Assembly: GCA_040285825.1 (NCBI GenBank)
Contig: JAUPSS010000004.1
Location: forward strand, 3,665,658 to 3,729,657
From: Eukaryota sp. TZLM1-RC
Taxonomy: Eukaryota > Protista > Metamonada: BaSk clade
DNA: 64,000 nucleotides
Direction: 5' to 3'
This document shows, one piece after another, positions 23,301 to 36,124 of this stretch. The notes beneath the pieces were generated by a model. The model worked only from the letters and a program-made list of their open reading frames with translations. It was not told the DNA's origin and ran no database searches. Position 1 is the stretch's first letter. Every line of letters begins with the position of its first letter. A program made the translations under genes and the position numbers.

Positions 23301-26300
23301 GACATTAGAAATGTGATCCATATAAGCAACAATGCGCATTTCAGGAAATTCTTCTTGAGTCATTTCAAGAATGTTAGGATCAGCCAAACAAAAGAGCAAA
23401 GAGGAGGTCGCCTTGTTTCACACCAGAGCAAGATTCAAAGGCATAGGACTCAAAAATTGATTCCGACTGTTTTCCATAAAATTAATAAAAGATGCTGAAA
23501 ATTCAGGAAATTCCTGAAGAAGCACATCACAAATACAGTTACACTTTACGGATTTAAAAGCATTTTTAACCTCCAAATTGAAAGTATAATGATTATTCTG
23601 ACCTTTGAGAAAAACATCTGAAGTCAATGAAGCAACAGGGGCAACGTCAATGTTTTTAATACCAGAATTACGGAGAAATAATAATTTATTGAAAGGCTTC
23701 AACAAATCCCTTGCTTTAGTAGAAATGCTGTTAAAAATGAGAGAAGAATGCACTCTGGTTAAGACTCTCCAATAGCAATAGCTCCAACTCCATCTGGTTT
23801 GTGAATAGCGACAAGTTGAAGGCTGTATTGGGCAAAAATTTTCAGCTGGGTGAAGGACGTTCAACTTTTCAAGAGTTTCAAGATTATTATTTGCCAATTT
23901 TTCTGAACAAATATTTTTTGAACCACTTCCATATCTTCCTCTTAAAAAATTTTTTCTAGCTTGAAAAGGCGAAGTAGGTTTCTTTTTGTGGTTTAAAAAT
24001 AATTGTCTTTTTATTCTTTCTCTCAAACAATTTCCAAATTTGAGTAATTTCCATTTGTTGAGCTCTCATTGTGAGCAAAAGATCTTATTTACCACAACAC
24101 AGGTAGTGAACTAGCAGCACTCACTTCTACAAAAATTTTAACATGCGTACGAAGTGAATCAATAGTTTAACAATCCAAACAAAACAAAAGTGGACGACCA
24201 TTGAAGGAGCCTAAGAGTTGATTTTTACAAAAAAGTCATTGATAATTTGAAATAGAATCAGCAGGAATAAAATCAACACTTTTGGACACCTCAGCATATT
24301 CAACAGTGAAATAAAAAAGCACGTCATTGGCGGTGGTTAATTACAACTGGAATCTCCATTAGAATTTATTTTTATTATTATCTATGTGTCTTCGGTCTTT
24401 TATTTGTCCTGATAATCTTCCCCATGGGTAATTTGTAAATGTGGGTAAACTGCAATTGCAACCCATTTATTTAATTGTAATCGTTTTATTACTTTTAGAT
24501 CAAAACTTCATGATGCAGTCCGTGATCAACATTATTGTATGCGCAAGTCCCACAAGATTGATTCTTTTTCAACAGATTTGCTTTCAAATTTGGCTGATGA
24601 CACTGACAGAATTTCTTTGGGTGATAGCAGCGGTGTTGTTATTGTTCCAGTTCTTCGATCAATGATCATTATTGACGTCAGATCTACTGATGTATCAAAT
24701 AGCTCAAGTGAAAAATTGATACCATCTTATAATTCATCTTGACGTAGTGCTACAGAAGTATTCTGAAAAAAAAATAATTAGAAGACTATCTCAAATATTC
24801 ACTACGTACTTTGTATTTACAAAATTCTCTATAAATGATAAGGCAGTTTTACCCAAGGTTCCGAATAACAAAAAGACAAAGAAGGTATTGAGTATGTGAG
24901 TTGGAATTCAGATTATGGATTTTTTCTGTGTATCTAATAATTTTCGCTTCTTCAACTCTCTACGTGAAGGTGAATTATAAGATTGTGCCATTTTTTCATT
25001 TGAGCAAACATGGCGTCGAAAATGGTAACACTACCATTCAAGCCGGGAACAACCAAATCACCACTTGTCAGACCTATAGAAGCTCTCCTGTAGCGCGTAC
25101 TATCAATATTGGGGTCATCAAGAATTAATTTTGATAACAACGGCTCTAAAAAGGAATCTCCTCGATATGATTTGCACATTACATAAATTTGGTCCCTGAC
25201 GTTATTATGCACTTTGCTTCTAAATGTAATGAAATGTTTACAGTTCAAAAGATGAGTAAACAAAATGTGGTTTACCACATTTACAAGTTAAATGATTGGG
25301 CAAATTGTTTGGCCACAGAAAACAACGAAGACGTATGTTTAAAAGCCTTTCATTGTTTTTTAACAATAGTCCATAAACAGTGGGAATTTGAGTTACTAAA
25401 GCAGCAGCAGAGCTATTATGAATGTCCTTTACATAATTACCGAAAGTAGGATTTTCAGTTTTGGCCAAGCCAAGTCTTACTTCATAATCCAAGCTTTCAT
25501 ATAATTTAACCAAATGGTACGGAACCTTTTTCAGGCAAAAACGTAAATTTGGGAGTGATCGGTTGGGAAATTCTTGAAAATTCTGAGAAAAACACTGAAT
25601 CCAGATATCACTAGGCAAATTATCCAATTCACATTGAAGTTGGTTTTAAAAAAATTGATTCACCATGCATCAGATGAACATCATAAGGGAACCTTTGGAA
25701 AAATTGAAAAATCAAATTTTCGCCACCTCCGACAAAAGCTGCTTTACATAAAATCGAATTTTTAGTGAAACCAATTCCAACTAAATCCGCAAAACAAAAT
25801 ACATGACCTCGAATTAAAGATTCATTTACTTCCAATAATGGAGAAAAAAAATTGACCCGAAGTTTGTTGAAAGATTAACAAAAATCAAGAGATATTGAAG
25901 GATGAGTTGACCTTAAAATATGAGTGAATTTTCCAGAATAACAAATTTTCAAAATAAAAAATTTAATGTGTTTTTCAATATCACATTCAGCAACAAAACT
26001 CAGATCTTTGTCAAAATTCTTCAGTAAATTGTTCAACTGGGAATAAATTTCATTCAAAATACCTAACCAACATCCAACAAACTTGAACACTCGTTGGTCA
26101 TAATTAATAAAGGGAATCATAGCACCATCAATCAATAAATATTGTTTTGTTCTTCCAATGAAGTGACATTGAGTTGGATTCAAAGTCCATTCAATTTCTT
26201 TGTATTTCGCAGCAATGCCTTCAGAAACCCTACATATGATCTCAAAAGAACCAATAATCGAAATGTCATACATATAAGCAACAATACGTAATTCAATGAA

Positions 26301-26675
26301 TTCTTTCTGGGTCATTTCAATAGTATTATGGATGGCCAAACAAAATACAGAAAATATGATAAAGATATTGAAGAAGCTAATGCTGGTAGAAATACACAGC
26401 TAGTTTTTATTGCTTTCTCATTTTCGATAAACGGAAGATTATCAGATGAAGCAGAAATCTATTTGAATGGCTTCCAGAAAATGGTTTAAGAAAAAACAAT
26501 GAAAAGATTTGATATTTTTTTATGGCGTCCTCGGATTCAATTTGCCATTATTAATAGATTACCTCGGTGAGAAGCTTTAGCTTGACAGCAAGTATATCAA
26601 GATTTTGTAGAGGAAATCTTGGTTCAATGATAGTCGTCCCATTGGTTATGAATTAATTTAATTAAGTGTGCATGT
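20330..26675. mobile_element. Nest of degenerate CRE-like non-LTR retrotransposons (RT plus restriction-like endonuclease), mostly minus strand
   Basis: RT motifs LDFSNAFNSI, GVQQGDPL and YMDD (22407-23105; further RT pieces at 23145-24026 and 25875-26339); CCHC CKC...HLFNC, HDAVRD, RGDV...IDV, AEEAK and PFAFSLFG (20733..21584); inverted fragments at ~24350-24760 and ~26345-26675. Confidence 0.85.
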
Positions 26676-26973
26676 TCAATAAATATTTTAATGGTGCTGA
26701 CTTATGTTTTGGCACAATAGAATTGTATTTTTTATATTTGAAAGAATGCATAGCATTGTTTCTGGTTCGTTGTTATCACTTAACAGAAATTATAAAGAAA
26801 AGGCTTTAGGTAAATTTTCAATGGTTGATGTGGAGTTTGAGGAAACTGATTTTTAGTTTTTAATAATTTCAGATGAATAAAAACATTATTATGGAAAAAC
26901 AAAAGAATTTCCAATAAACCAATATTGAGACGGTCCTCTCCAACTACGTCAGCGATACTGTACACCGGAGCGC

Positions 26974-28203
26974 ATGTCAGATCATTTACCTCCTTATAAG
27001 CAACCCCGCACAGAAGATCTCTCTTCACCTCATTCACCACAATCAAATTTAACCCTACCTTCATCACTCGAAAAAGGTTCCAGTTTTCCCCCCACTGATG
27101 AATCTGAATCAGATCTCGACTTTGCTCCCCATGATGAGACCCTTTCTCCCATCTCTTCCTCATCACATACACCATCACCTGAACACTCACCCTTACTCAT
27201 AGCACATCAACCACCGTCATCTCAAGAATCACATCCCACGCCAACCGACATCCCTCCATATCTTGCCCCTTATCTCGATCACTCCCTTCCCAGAGGTGTG
27301 ATCATAGATCCTATTTCACCAAACATTCACAAGGTTCTATTTAAACCCAACAATCCCGCTAGAGTTTTCCCCAAACTGGGACCCTTGCATCAAGTAACTC
27401 AACTTCCATCATTCAAAGAACCTGATACTTCTCTTCCTGTTCGTACCTTCTCTCTTCCTCATATACCGTACACTCATGGAGTCTCTCTCCCTACACGAAT
27501 CACCCCGTTACCAAGTCAGATTCCTGAGGAGGAAGAAACAATAAGGAAACCATCTTTGTTCAAATTTGATTATCCTGACAGCGAAGAATTAATTTGTCAA
27601 CCATTAGTAATTAATCAGTATGAAACAGATTTGTTTGAATTGATCAACACTTTGACAAGCGTTTGCGGTGACGATGGTTATTCTCCTATAGTTGTTCTGG
27701 AACTTGTTAAGGAATTTAATTTTAATTTTAAAAAACTGCAGGAAAGATTTATTAATAGGGATTTAAAACCATTTATCTATTTTTTTGGGGATTCTACTTA
27801 TGGAATTCCAATTTGTGCATGTTTTAATACTAAAAAATACTTTAATTTAAGCTGGTCTGAGGAGGAAAAAGATTTATTTACAGATTGTTTTCTAGACTAT
27901 GGGAGAAATTTCAGAAAATATTTGACTAGATTTCCAACAAAAACTATCAAAGAATTGTACAATTTCTTCATGCTCTATTGGAGGTCTTCTTCTGATGATT
28001 ACACCTATTTAGTGGAAGCTGATAGGGTAAGAGTGGAAAGAGAAAGGAGAGCTAGCAAACTGAGAATGAATTTTCTAAGTAGACATCAACCTGTTCTTTA
28101 TGGTCCTGACAAAGATGTTCCTGCCTCAGTTGCTCCTTTTCCTGAAGATCAAGTCGTTGCTGAAAGGTCATCAAGGGAGAATGAAATAGTGGAAGAATTT
28201 TAA
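26974..28203 (+). CDS. SANT/Myb-domain protein with Ser/Pro-rich N-terminus
   Basis: WSEEEKDLFTDCFLDYGRNFRKY...PTKTIKELYNFF. Confidence 0.8.
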   Translation: MSDHLPPYKQPRTEDLSSPHSPQSNLTLPSSLEKGSSFPPTDESESDLDFAPHDETLSPISSSSHTPSPEHSPLLIAHQPPSSQESHPTPTDIPPYLAPYLDHSLPRGVIIDPISPNIHKVLFKPNNPARVFPKLGPLHQVTQLPSFKEPDTSLPVRTFSLPHIPYTHGVSLPTRITPLPSQIPEEEETIRKPSLFKFDYPDSEELICQPLVINQYETDLFELINTLTSVCGDDGYSPIVVLELVKEFNFNFKKLQERFINRDLKPFIYFFGDSTYGIPICACFNTKKYFNLSWSEEEKDLFTDCFLDYGRNFRKYLTRFPTKTIKELYNFFMLYWRSSSDDYTYLVEADRVRVERERRASKLRMNFLSRHQPVLYGPDKDVPASVAPFPEDQVVAERSSRENEIVEEF

Positions 28204-28479
28204 TTAAAAAATGTATTTTGTCGTTTATGACATGAGTAATTAGGTAATATTAAAAAACAAATATTTATAACCAAATACTATGAATAAATTAATAGAACGG
28301 CTTTTTGCCAAGAAAACTCGACGTATTAGGTAAATGTGGCAGGAAACATCAAGAACAACTAAACGAAAGTAATTGAAAAAAGAACATATTAGAGGGGTCC
28401 CTGAGCAAAGTTGATGCCAATACATAAATTTATAAACAGTAAATACATAATTTTGAAAGAAAATAAATAAAAAACAAGA

Positions 28480-29616
28480 CTAATTTTGCTCAGAATAACA
28501 AGTTTTACAAACCCTAACTGGTGAAAAAAACCCTAAACTAGGTAGTGCCACCCGATGATTACTACAAGAATGACATACACATTTACCACATGACCTACAA
28601 TGATGCTTTCTATTAAAAATGGAAAAATTTACACCGCAATTAAGTTGGCATTGGTCGACAACATCGTCTGGAGTCCATGGTGGAGCAACCTTTGATCTTT
28701 TGCTTATAGTTTTCTTGTAATTCCTGCGATGTTGTTGAAGAGTAGAGAGAAATTCTTTCTCATTCATTTCAGTTAAACGATCATAAACAGAAACTCCATT
28801 CACATCGGTCAAGGAAATTCTACCTCCGTTATCAATCAAATTGATTAAAGTTTCCTTATACCTATCAATCATCGCCTCATCGCCATCCTTTTTGACCTTT
28901 AGATAATTTTCCAGGCATAAATGCACAGGGGCACTACCCTGTTTGGTTAGCTTGTTAGGAATTGCGCCTGACTGTAACAGCAAATATGTGATTCTGGCAA
29001 AGCCTCCATTAGCAGCCAAATGGAGTGCTGACCACCCCTTGTCGTCTACAACAGTGGTATCAACCCCAGAAGCAAGTAAAAGTTCGCCAATATCTTCAAA
29101 ACCAAACTTACAGGCATAATGAAGGGCCGTTTGCCCCTGATTGTCTTCAATTGAGACCAGTGCCTTACAGTTTTCTAATACCAACTTGACCATGTCTAAT
29201 GACCCTCTAGTAGTAGCTAAATGCAGAGGGGTGAGTCCAGATTCGGATTGAATGCACAAGGAAGCTCCGTTGGCGATGAGGACCTTGACTACATTTATAT
29301 GGGTTTCAGCAACAGCATGGTGGACTGCGGTCCAGCCTAGTTTATCGGCAAGTTCAGCATCCACCCCCACTTGAAGAAGAAGCGAGGTGCAGTCGACGTG
29401 TCCCATTTTAGCGGCAAAGTGAAGAGGTACTTGAGAGTGTTCAGAATCACGGATGTCAACAGGAACTCCAAGTGTAAGAAGATATTCAACAAGATCAAGA
29501 TTACCTGAAAGACAGGCGTAATGCAATGGTGTTTTACCAGTCTTGTCAGGAGAGGTAAGGTCTCCCCCTGAGCGAAGAACGGCTTCAGCCATTTCCACTG
29601 TCTCTGGAATGGTCAT
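28480..29616 (-). CDS. Ankyrin-repeat and FYVE-domain protein
   Basis: Multiple G.TPLH.A repeats; WTPD, RKHHCRSCG and RVCKTC. Confidence 0.92.
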   Translation of the reverse strand: MTIPETVEMAEAVLRSGGDLTSPDKTGKTPLHYACLSGNLDLVEYLLTLGVPVDIRDSEHSQVPLHFAAKMGHVDCTSLLLQVGVDAELADKLGWTAVHHAVAETHINVVKVLIANGASLCIQSESGLTPLHLATTRGSLDMVKLVLENCKALVSIEDNQGQTALHYACKFGFEDIGELLLASGVDTTVVDDKGWSALHLAANGGFARITYLLLQSGAIPNKLTKQGSAPVHLCLENYLKVKKDGDEAMIDRYKETLINLIDNGGRISLTDVNGVSVYDRLTEMNEKEFLSTLQQHRRNYKKTISKRSKVAPPWTPDDVVDQCQLNCGVNFSIFNRKHHCRSCGKCVCHSCSNHRVALPSLGFFSPVRVCKTCYSEQN

Positions 29617-29717
29617 TGCTACAGATATTGTCTATAACAATGAAATCAGTGTTGTTTAATCCAATATGGAGGGATTGAGTTTTTCTGCTGGATACCTTTT
29701 TTCAACCTTGGCACTCT
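29614..29717 (-). ncRNA. Diverged orphan Fanzor family A 3' end, ending at the ATG of the ankyrin-FYVE gene
   Basis: Reverse complement ...AAAAGGTATCCAGCAGAAAAACTCAATCCCTCC...CACTGATTTCATTGTTATAGACAATATCTGTAGCAATG. Confidence 0.65.
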
Positions 29718-29759
29718 ACTTGTTTTTCATTCTTCCAGGATCATATTGAACCTTCATTT

Positions 29760-29960
29760 CAGTGGTTATGATGTCTGTTGAACCTTGTTATGTCTCAAAC
29801 GAAAGATTAGCTGATTCTGAAGTTCATAATCCTCTTGCAAATACTGAAAAACTCAAAATTAATAAAAGTAATGGGCCCTTATTGAAATTGTCTACCCAAA
29901 AGCATATAAAAACAATTTGCATCCATTTGAATTATCTCTTTTTGGAAAATTGGAAATGGA
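29760..29960 (+). mobile_element. Fragment of a CRE-like endonuclease region
   Basis: MSVEPCYVSNERLADSEVHNPL matches MSVDPCNASNERLGNSEIHSPL at 59769..59990. Confidence 0.75.
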
Positions 29961-29989
29961 ATATAAATGTATGACAAGTATGGATCTTG

Positions 29990-32611
29990 ATTCAACGTGG
30001 CAATGGATTATAGTAAAAAAAGTTTTATTACTTAATGTACAATAAAGCCTGAGGCGACTTTGGACCCTGATTACTGTAAAGATATTCAGTTTTTTAATAC
30101 GGATGAAGAATTATTCTTTTATGTGCAATTTTTAATTGAGCACAGGCCAGACGTTTTGACAGGTTTGTTTTGACTGTCACTAAACACAATATTAAACGCT
30201 ATAAGGGGGGAAGATCTGCTTCAATCAATGAGGACTTGAAAACGTTTGTTGATATTAATTATAATCAGTTTATGGTAAATAATGGTGATATTGCTGTTTT
30301 CCCCATTAGTTATTGCGCTAGATTGAGGGCCTTCATCGCAAAAACTATTAAAACAAATTTAGAAGTAAATATTGAAATGTGGCATGCTCAATATATCAAA
30401 AATTTAATAGTCCATATTTTGAAAAGATGGAAATTGAAGAAGAGATGACCTAAAAAGAAAAGTCTTTCTTTCGTTGGAGCTTACGTCAAGTCCAAAATCT
30501 ATTTCTTCAGACGAATCGTGACAATTTTCCGGTTACTGATGATCAAGTTGACATTTTCATTAAGCTTTCTGATGATAAAATCTTGAAGACAATAAAAAAG
30601 TTTGAATCAATCAGCAAAAACTGATATTTTAATCAGTACTCATTTCAAAATTTTTAAATTATAGCAAGATGAAAATTGGATGAATTCTATTTTTTCTAGA
30701 TCAATTTTAGTAAAAAATTCAAAAGACGAGGAGAGGGCTATTGAAGTGAAATCATGACCTTCCACTATGCAAAAAGACCTTCAATCTTTCATCAAATAAG
30801 CTATCAAAATACATAGTTTTAGAGAAGAAAGCGAGAAGAAAACAATAAATGCCCTTCCAATTGTTCGAAATGAGATATCTGGTTTATATGAAGTTAATAG
30901 TCAAGGACTATGTCGTATTTTGCGTTTTTTTACAGTTGATGAAATTACTGACAGAAAAAGTTAGAGTGGAATTCAATGTCTGAAGAACAAATTTATTCTG
31001 ATCATATTATTTTGAATTTAATAGACCATTTATTAAAAAAGGCTACAACTTTAACAGCACCATTAAAACTGATGGTTTTACAGGCGGTATTGAAATAACA
31101 AGAGAGGATTGTATTGGCATGTCCTTCAAGCCTGATACCGCAAAGTTTGTAACCACTGAGCACTATTTGGATGTCGAATTTCTATCATCAAAACACAAGG
31201 TACATATTGACCCTGGTAAAAGTGATTTACTTTATTTTTGCAATCAAAAAGGTTCAAACTAAATGTAAAAGATAGATTAAAAAGCCATACACAATATGAG
31301 TAACTGAGATTAACAGAATTCGAGTTGTTAAGAGTGTCGAGAGTTCACCAAAAATTCAGAAATTTGAAGAAGAAAGAGTATATTTTTACAAAATAGAATC
31401 ACAGTGGAGCAAACAAAAGCACCATTATCAAAAGAATCATCAAAATCTTTTATTTAAAATAATGTCTATTCTTATGTTGCTTCCAAGCTGATAAACAGGA
31501 AATTTACATTTGATAACTACTTCTTAATGATATGGCGCATTCAAAAAATGCAAAGATACGTCGATCATGAGAAAGCAGAAGCTAAGTTATTAAAAAGAAT
31601 GGCTGAAAAAGACACTATCCTAATGTTTGGTGACAATGACAAGAAGACAAAGAATTTCAAGTATCATCGATCCAGTTGAGGAGTTGGATGGAGAAATTTT
31701 TTCAAGAGAAATGGTTATACAGTATGTTTAGCTGATGAAAAAAACACATCTTCAAAGTGTCCAACTTGTTATAACCCAGTAAATGTATTTCTTGATGTTG
31801 AGAATCCTAGACCATCGATGAGGGAGAGGTATCTTAGTTTATAATCATGACTCAAACATACACTAATATTCAATCCAAGGAATTTCCAAAAACATTCATA
31901 AGCCGATGAACAGAACATTATACATATCTTAAAGAAGAATTTTCCTGATTGATGAATTTAGATCTTGTTCTGGTTGTGTTGCTAACGGTAATTTTGGAAG
32001 TGTGTCGATGATTCTAGTATAGCAGTGTTAGGTCTTAAGGAAAAACGACAACTGAAAAGAAAGCAATAAATTTACAAGAAATTGAATTATTTAATCAAAA
32101 CAATCCTACTAGAAAAAGAGGTTTTCAAGAAGAATGGGATAAACAAAAGGATTCACTAGAAGAAAAAGCATTATCGACACCGTGGGGTTTAGTGAAGTGT
32201 CAGAGATGCAGCACGTATTGGAATAGAGACTTCAACTCTGCCATAAACATATGTTGTATTATAACATCTGCAATCAACGGTGAAGGTAGACCATCCATTC
32301 TCGAGAGACCAAAAACTCAAACAAAAGATTTTGAAAACAGGTCATCTATTGCACAAGGTGATCATAAGAAGAAGACTTCTAAGAAGGACAAAAAGCCAAG
32401 AAGATGTGGTAAAAGTGACGAAGATGGCCACAGCAGAAGGACTTCTCCATCGCTAATCCATGAAACTAAAGAACTTCATCAGATGTAAAAAGCAGACTAG
32501 GGCAAAACTTAAATGAAAGCAGTCAAGAAGATGAACTCTATAGAAGAAAATAACAGCCCATCTCAAGCAAAGTAGCAGCTCAACAGTGACCAGAAGTGTT
32601 ATGAAGAATGG
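29990..32611 (+). pseudogene. Degenerate Fanzor, family B, including its 3' end
   Basis: Fragmented frames with IKTDG (~31065), IDPGKSDLLYF (~31206), MFGD, ADEKNTSSKCPTC (~31730), ENPRP and CQRCSTYWNRDFNSAINI (32192..32488). Confidence 0.8.
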
Positions 32612-32625
32612 TTTGAAAAATAATA

Positions 32626-34649
32626 GGGACAAGTTCACTTATACCCATTTTGTCAAATTTTGTCCCACTTGTACCCAATTTCTCCATACCCATCAATTTT
32701 GGTTTCACCTGTACCCAAATTGCAACAATTAAACATTTCTTTATAAAGCAATCTACGTCTACATCAATTCAGTGGTCAATTCATTCCACTGATCGTCTGA
32801 GTCCTCTTCCAGCTCAGTTTCACTTTCATAATCTTCTCCAGAACTTGAGGACTCGTCAAAAACATCATGAATTGTACTAACGTTAATGATAGACTCATAT
32901 AACATTTCTTCGTCCACCTCACTTACATCACCATCATTTGCTACCTTTACCTTCTTCTTCTTTCTTCCCTCACCAGGCCGTAATCTTTTTGTTGGTGGTC
33001 TTTCACGAGCCTTTTTGTAAGTTGGAGGCAGCATATCGACTTCATCTAAGTCTTGAATCTCTACAGCACCAATAAAGTTCTTATAAGTTCTTAGGTAATT
33101 TTCGGTAAGGTAGTGAGAATCAACCCCATTTAAGACCGGATGTTTCAGTTTTTCCAAAGCTGCGACAGCATGTCTACATGGGATGCCTAAACGTTGCCAT
33201 TTTTCACAGGTACATAAACGCTCCTTAATATTCACTGTGTACTTTTTCTGAGCTTCTTCTACTTGGACGAAGATGTTGTCATCTCTTCTTATCGTTCTCG
33301 TCTTCAACTTTCTCCCTTCTACAACTTCATCCTTCAATTTATGCCAAACACTTTCTACAATAGCTTTCTGCATTTCTGATCCACGATGATATCGATCTTC
33401 AAACCATCGATTGAGATTATCCATGATAGTTTGGATCATTGCTATTACAGGCAATCCTCTGGCAACAAGAAGCCAAGCATTAAGAGATTCGATTAAATTG
33501 GACGTGAAGTGCCCATAACGAAGACCTTCAAACCCAACAGTAGCCCAATTGCTGATCCCAGCTTTTGTTACCTTTTCGTAGGCCTTGATGGATTGTTCTC
33601 TCAATATCTCGAGATACTGTTTTAATTCAATCTCTGTTTCTGCCCTTGCTGCTTGCCATAAAACACTTGTATACTTAACGCCTATATTTTTGGCCAAATG
33701 GCGAACACAGTAGCTGTGAAACGCATCAGGAAAAATAGATCTTACAGATTCAACAAGTCCTTTCTCTCTGTCAGATATAATGGTTGTTACTTCTGTTTTG
33801 AGACAATTTTTTAGCTCACAAAGAAACCATCTCCAGTTGTCATAATTTTCTCCAGAAACTATAGATATCGCAATTGGAAACAGCTGACCCTGAGCGTCGA
33901 TCATTGTTGCACATAACATCACATTTTTATGCTTTGTTTTCAAATGGGTTCCATCAATTTGAATGAGTGGACGACAGAACTGACTCCCATGTAAAGATCC
34001 ACCAAAAGCAATAAACAAACGTTTGAAAGTATTGTCTGCTTCTTTCTCCAACACACAATGAGAACCAGGGTTACACTGTTGGATACGGAGTATAAGAGAA
34101 TAAAGCCGTGCGTAGTTTGTTTTATGAGTACCAAAGACAATCTCTCGAGCTTTTGCTCGAACTTTAGCTGCAACTCTTTCAGCAAGCTTCATATCAGCTA
34201 TCTCATCCAGTAATGGCTTGAGTTCGGAAGCTGTTAGAAATGGTTTGGCCTTTATTCTATCTTTCACTCGAGGATGGCTTGCAAGAAAGGATGTAGTAGG
34301 TCTTGGAGCTTTCGTTCCAAGAGCAAGTGGATCACAAGTATGTTGAATCAGGATTTTGACGACATAAGGTGTCTCATCTGGACAGTCTTTCTTTCTAGTT
34401 GCGTAGCAGCGGAATGTGCAATCTTTGCTTCTACAGACAGCATTGATGCGAGTTACCTCGGATTTTGTATATCTGACACTCGCTTTTCTATCAGAACCTT
34501 CTTTTCTAATAAGCTCTTGCAGGATGTCTTTGCTGAACCTATTGCCCACTGAAAGTTTGAATCTGGGGTTTTCAGAGATATTGGAGATGGTTAGATCTGG
34601 GTACATGTGGACTTAAATTTGACAAAATGGGTATAGCTGTGATTTTCCC
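32626..34649 (-). mobile_element. Intact MULE/MuDR transposon; transposase ORF 32759..34606
   Basis: IDGTHL, IISDREKGL, YCVRHL, TSNLIES and SWIM CTC...PCRH; imperfect TIRs (TATACCCATTTTGTCAAATTT) with GGG/CCC termini; perfect 9-bp TSD aaaataata (32617-32625, 34650-34658). Confidence 0.95.
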
Positions 34650-34666
34650 AAAATAATAATATAATA

Positions 34667-34912
34667 ATGCAGATTGTTGTTCACTTAACGAATACATCCA
34701 TAGATGCCTTTGAAGTTGGGGAGGGTCAACAGTCCTTGGAATGGCTGTGCTATGCCGCTTTAGCAGATAAAGACTTCAACAATCTTGCTGAGATACCACT
34801 CCCTAAATCAGTTCGCGACTATTCAGGCAATGCCCTTCCATTGGATGATGCCATACGTGATCACTTAAATGATGGAGACCATATATGGATCAATGCAGAG
34901 GACTACATTTAG
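34667..34912 (+). CDS. Small hypothetical protein, possibly ubiquitin-like fold
   Basis: 81-aa ATG-initiated ORF with protein-like composition (VGEGQQSLEWL; IRDHLNDGDHIWI). Confidence 0.6.
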   Translation: MQIVVHLTNTSIDAFEVGEGQQSLEWLCYAALADKDFNNLAEIPLPKSVRDYSGNALPLDDAIRDHLNDGDHIWINAEDYI

Positions 34913-34993
34913 AACATCTGTATTGTTTATTTAATTATTAATTGACTGATAATCATGTCGTTAATGGACGTTGTACATCATGTATAAAACCTT

Positions 34994-35227
34994 TTATTCA
35001 ACTTTTTCAGGTATCTTGTGTCTCCTGTCCTCTCTCAAAGCCATAAGTATATAAGAAACAACAACCAAGTGTACAGAGGCAAATGAAGCAATAGCACTGA
35101 TCAATCTTCTCCTAGGTAAAGGCCATGATGATGCAAGATACATCGATGTTGGGTAAGAAATCAAAGGAAAGGCAACCAATAGTATACTCGTCACGAAAAA
35201 CTTTAGATGTACTATGTTGCGAAACAT
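34994..35227 (-). CDS. VMA21: VMA21-like V-ATPase assembly factor
   Basis: 77 aa with two TM helices; P-L-x-x-Y, SAI...VHLVVVSYILMALRED, basic C-terminus. Confidence 0.65.
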   Translation of the reverse strand: MFRNIVHLKFFVTSILLVAFPLISYPTSMYLASSWPLPRRRLISAIASFASVHLVVVSYILMALREDRRHKIPEKVE

Positions 35228-35327
35228 TGAAAGGAGTAATCTGTTGCTCCTTGTGTAGAGTTTTTCAACCTGAAAAACTCAAAAGACAGCTAAATTAATT
35301 TTGACTATATTCCTAACTTATCCTCCA

Positions 35328-36004
35328 ATGTTTGAAGAGTATAAATCACCGTTGCTCCCCCAAAAACCCAAACAGAAAAAAGTCCTTATCGCTATTTATT
35401 TGTTCTTAACTTTGTGTGGTACATCAGTGGGTTATTACAGTGTAGCAGTTGAATGGAATTGGCACCACATACCACACGTTATTGTCTTATCACTTTTGCT
35501 TTATGGATCTTGCTATGCCACTCTAACTCTTAAACATCAAAAGGATAACATTCCAGTCGCCACGGTACTTTCCACTGTACTTGGTTGCTGTCTTTTGCTT
35601 ACCATCACATCTATTTGGTTGACGTTTTTTGAACCTGAAGATTTCGATTTAAAAGCCTGTCATGAACGTACGTTTGCTGTTGATTACATTCACAACAGGG
35701 GACAAAAATAAAGGCCGAATGTATGCTACCAAGGATGGAGCATGTCTTAGCCGATGTAATGGAATACCCCAAGAAGTGTTAGTTGTTCATAATGATGACA
35801 ATAGTCTGAGTAGATGTATGTTCAGTCCCCTGTGTTCTTATCCCAGGCCTGTATGTTTAGTCTCTTCTCACCCCAGTCCAATGCGATGTGTATGGTGATA
35901 TTTTGTTCTAATTCCAGGTTAAAGACTGTTATGTTCCTAAACTAGGGTATAATGAGACAATGATCTCAATGCTGATGAAGAAAGATTCTGTAAACGCTAT
36001 ATGA
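35328..36004 (+). CDS. Hypothetical membrane protein with Cys-rich C-terminus; frameshift near 35700 and probable intron 35851-35917
   Basis: Three hydrophobic segments; GTATGT donor at 35851 and CTAATTCCAG acceptor at 35917 give an in-frame continuation to TGA at 36004. Confidence 0.5.
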
Positions 36005-36124
36005 GTTACATTCCAACTCCACTTTTCCGATAGTTTTTTTCCGATAGTTTTAGCTGTACAGAAACAAACAATTAATAAACAATTGTGAAAATATCAAACA
36101 ATATATTTATTTATAATAATACAA

